Of a stretch of 64,000 nucleotides of DNA, positions 61,627 through 64,000 are shown in pieces (positions within the stretch are counted from its first letter, which is position 1; every line of letters begins with the position of its first letter). Made by a program: the position numbers and the translations under genes. Source of the DNA: an uncultured Candidatus Binatia bacterium (GTDB lineage: Bacteria; Desulfobacterota; Binatia; Bin18); assembly GCA_965214605.1 (NCBI GenBank), contig OZ243961.1, positions 2,688,001-2,752,000 on the forward strand, written 5' to 3'. The notes beneath the pieces were generated by a model that made no database searches, had not been told where the DNA came from, and worked only from the letters and a program-made list of their open reading frames with translations.

Positions 61627-64000
61627 TTAGCTCTCACCCTTCTGAGGTCTCAGGGCAATCTTTTCGCCATACACAAAGCGGGGCCGGAGCCTGTTCAGAA
61701 TTGCCGGTAGCACCGTCATTGAAACGAGCAAACACGCCCCCATATTGAGCGACAGCATAGCGCCTAGGTAGAAGTTGGGGCGGAAGTTCGAGGTCAGAAA
61801 GACCATGAATCCGCCGATAACAACCACGGAGTTGAAAAAGATGGCTTTCCCCGAGGTCGCCATGGTCACGGCGGTGAGGTGCTCCTGGTCAGTCAGGCCT
61901 TCTCGGACTTTGACTTGATACTTGTTGAGAAAGTGGATGGTGTAGTCAATACCAATGCCAATGACCATAGAGGCGGTCAGCGATTTGCCAATCTCCAGCG
62001 GGATATTGAGCAAGCCCAGCAGGCCAAAGCTAAAAATCATAACGAGACTAATTGGAATGACATTGATCAGGCCTGCAACCCAGGAGCGGAACATCAGGGC
62101 AGTCAGCACAAAGACCGCGCCTAGCGAGGTCACCAAACTCGACAGCTGACCGGACACAACCAACTCGTTCATCCGGTTCAGCAGATAGCCGTTGCCAGCA
62201 ATACCGATTCGAAAGCCGCTGTTCGTTTCCCAGCCAATGACTGTGGGCTCAATGCCGGCTAGCCAGCGACCAAACCGGACCGTTAGTGCATCAGTCGCCG
62301 CATCGGTATCTCCATTATGGCCAAATTCCTGGACGGCAAAATCCCGGATCGTTTGCACCACCCGTTCGACATCCTGGGTTCTATCAGACCGCAGATAGAC
62401 TGTGACGTTGGCGTGTTGGTAGTCATAGTCGACGATTTCATCAAAATCGTCCGGATCGCCGGAGAATGAGTACAGCAGGAGATACTGGGCTACTAGGTCA
62501 CGCGAGCGAGGTACGATTTCCATCTCTGGGCGGTCCTCATTCATGACCCGGTTCATGCGTTTGATATATTCGGCCAGCGACAGCGAACCGCCCACGTGAG
62601 GATCCTGCTCGACCGTGGCTTGGAGACGGTCGAGTTGACCGAGTAGCACCGGGTCTTTGAGCCGATCCGCCTCCCGGCCCTCAATCGCTACATAGATGGG
62701 TACGGTCCCCTGAAATTTTTCGCGCAGAATAGTGTCACCGACCCGCAGTTCGTGGAGTGAGTCAAACATGCGGATGACCGACGCGTCAACCATAATGTGC
62801 TGGGCGCCAAACAGACACAGCCCAACGACGAGCGTGGTTGGTGTCCACACCGCCAGCGGTCGGCGGGCGACCCCCCGTCCTAAGCGTGACAGCAGGCTGG
62901 CTGCCCAGCCGGTGGCCGCTAGGTCTCCACTGCGGCTCATCTGCCTGCGCAGGCCACGGCTGACGGTCGGCGACAGCAGACTCAGCATGGCTGGCAGTAT
63001 GGTCAGTGAGAAGACCATGGCGGCCAGGATGCCAACTCCGGTAAAGACGCCAAAATAGCGAACCGGGACCATGGCTGCGGTCAGAAAGGAGAGGAAACCG
63101 GCGGCGGTGGTCAGCGAGGTCAAAATGACGGGCCGCCACATCTCGCGCATGGCCACAATCACGGCTTCGGACGAGGATGTATTCGGATGCTCTAACAGTT
63201 CATCGTAATAGCGACTCAGAATATGAATACCGTCGGCGACTCCAACCGCCATCAGCACGACCGGCATCATTGAGGTGACAAAGAACATCGGAATACCGAC
63301 GGCGGCCATGATGCCCAGGGTCCAGATCACCGCGGCGATGACGACGGCTAGAGGCAGCAGGACACCGCGCAGGCTGCGATAGGTAGAGTACAGGGTGGTC
63401 ACAATCACCACCAGGATCAGGGGCAGGAAGGTTTCCATATCACGCCGGCCCTCTTGTTCGAAGTTGACCTCAAGCGCACCGCGGCCGGCTATATGGAAGG
63501 ATTCGGGAACGCCGCTGGCTTCTTTGTCCTGAACCATGTCGCGGATCGTGGTATACACCGCCATCCGTCTGGCTGAGCTTTCCTGAGTGCCCTCCGACGG
63601 CTCCATCTTGGCCATTACCAGGAGCCCGGTGCCGTCCTGTGATACGACCCAATTGACGAACATATGATTGGCGAACAGTCTGTGTTTGAGGCTCTCTAGG
63701 GCGGCTGGGGTGTGGGGGACGACCTCCATAAACGGATCGACGTTCAGGCCATCGACCGTGCCGGTGATGTTGTCCATGGTCGCAACACTCGCCACATCCT
63801 CGTCGCGGACCGCTTTGATTCCCGGCAGAAGGGCGATTTTTTCCGAGAACTCTTTGACAATGCCCAACGTCCGTGGGTTGAAGACGCCATTTTCGTCGGG
63901 GTTGTTGTTGAATACGCCAACCATAATGAGGTCCCGTATGCCAAACCGTTCTTCGATCATTCTGTTATAGCCGATGACCGGATCGTCGGCCGGGAAATTT
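61627..64000 (-). CDS. MMPL/RND family transporter (5' end beyond window)
   Basis: Two TM clusters with GVADGIH and GIGIDYTIH; frame stays open to 64000. Confidence 0.95.
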   Translation of the reverse strand, partial: NFPADDPVIGYNRMIEERFGIRDLIMVGVFNNNPDENGVFNPRTLGIVKEFSEKIALLPGIKAVRDEDVASVATMDNITGTVDGLNVDPFMEVVPHTPAALESLKHRLFANHMFVNWVVSQDGTGLLVMAKMEPSEGTQESSARRMAVYTTIRDMVQDKEASGVPESFHIAGRGALEVNFEQEGRRDMETFLPLILVVIVTTLYSTYRSLRGVLLPLAVVIAAVIWTLGIMAAVGIPMFFVTSMMPVVLMAVGVADGIHILSRYYDELLEHPNTSSSEAVIVAMREMWRPVILTSLTTAAGFLSFLTAAMVPVRYFGVFTGVGILAAMVFSLTILPAMLSLLSPTVSRGLRRQMSRSGDLAATGWAASLLSRLGRGVARRPLAVWTPTTLVVGLCLFGAQHIMVDASVIRMFDSLHELRVGDTILREKFQGTVPIYVAIEGREADRLKDPVLLGQLDRLQATVEQDPHVGGSLSLAEYIKRMNRVMNEDRPEMEIVPRSRDLVAQYLLLYSFSGDPDDFDEIVDYDYQHANVTVYLRSDRTQDVERVVQTIRDFAVQEFGHNGDTDAATDALTVRFGRWLAGIEPTVIGWETNSGFRIGIAGNGYLLNRMNELVVSGQLSSLVTSLGAVFVLTALMFRSWVAGLINVIPISLVMIFSFGLLGLLNIPLEIGKSLTASMVIGIGIDYTIHFLNKYQVKVREGLTDQEHLTAVTMATSGKAIFFNSVVVIGGFMVFLTSNFRPNFYLGAMLSLNMGACLLVSMTVLPAILNRLRPRFVYGEKIALRPQKGES

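Overview
GC-rich bacterial chromosome segment. The order rsmG-parA-parB-atpF'FHAGDC and the split atp operon suggest a deltaproteobacterium-like organism (inference). The housekeeping backbone is phoH/alaS/recX/aroC, fmt/def/priA, aroK/aroB, rlmD/pgeF/gpsA, rpmH-rnpA-yidC-jag-mnmE-mnmG-rsmG, two parS sites, parAB and the F1/b/b' ATP synthase genes. Accessory DNA includes a catabolic cluster with a UGA-recoded (Sec) UxxC protein and a SECIS-like hairpin, an 8-gene lipoprotein/TPR/PEGA-FGE/MotA/2xvWA envelope operon, and decayed restriction-modification and toxin-antitoxin genes. The ORF track does not explain three things. (i) Two unrelated single repeat-spacer-repeat units have CRISPR adaptation geometry (29+32 and 27+33 bp), one in frame inside recX. 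(ii) A dispersed ~44-bp palindromic element is co-oriented with transcription at gene junctions and inside proteins. (iii) rnpA has its only canonical start upstream of rpmH and overlaps it completely. No rRNA, tRNA, cas genes or intact transposase were recognised.
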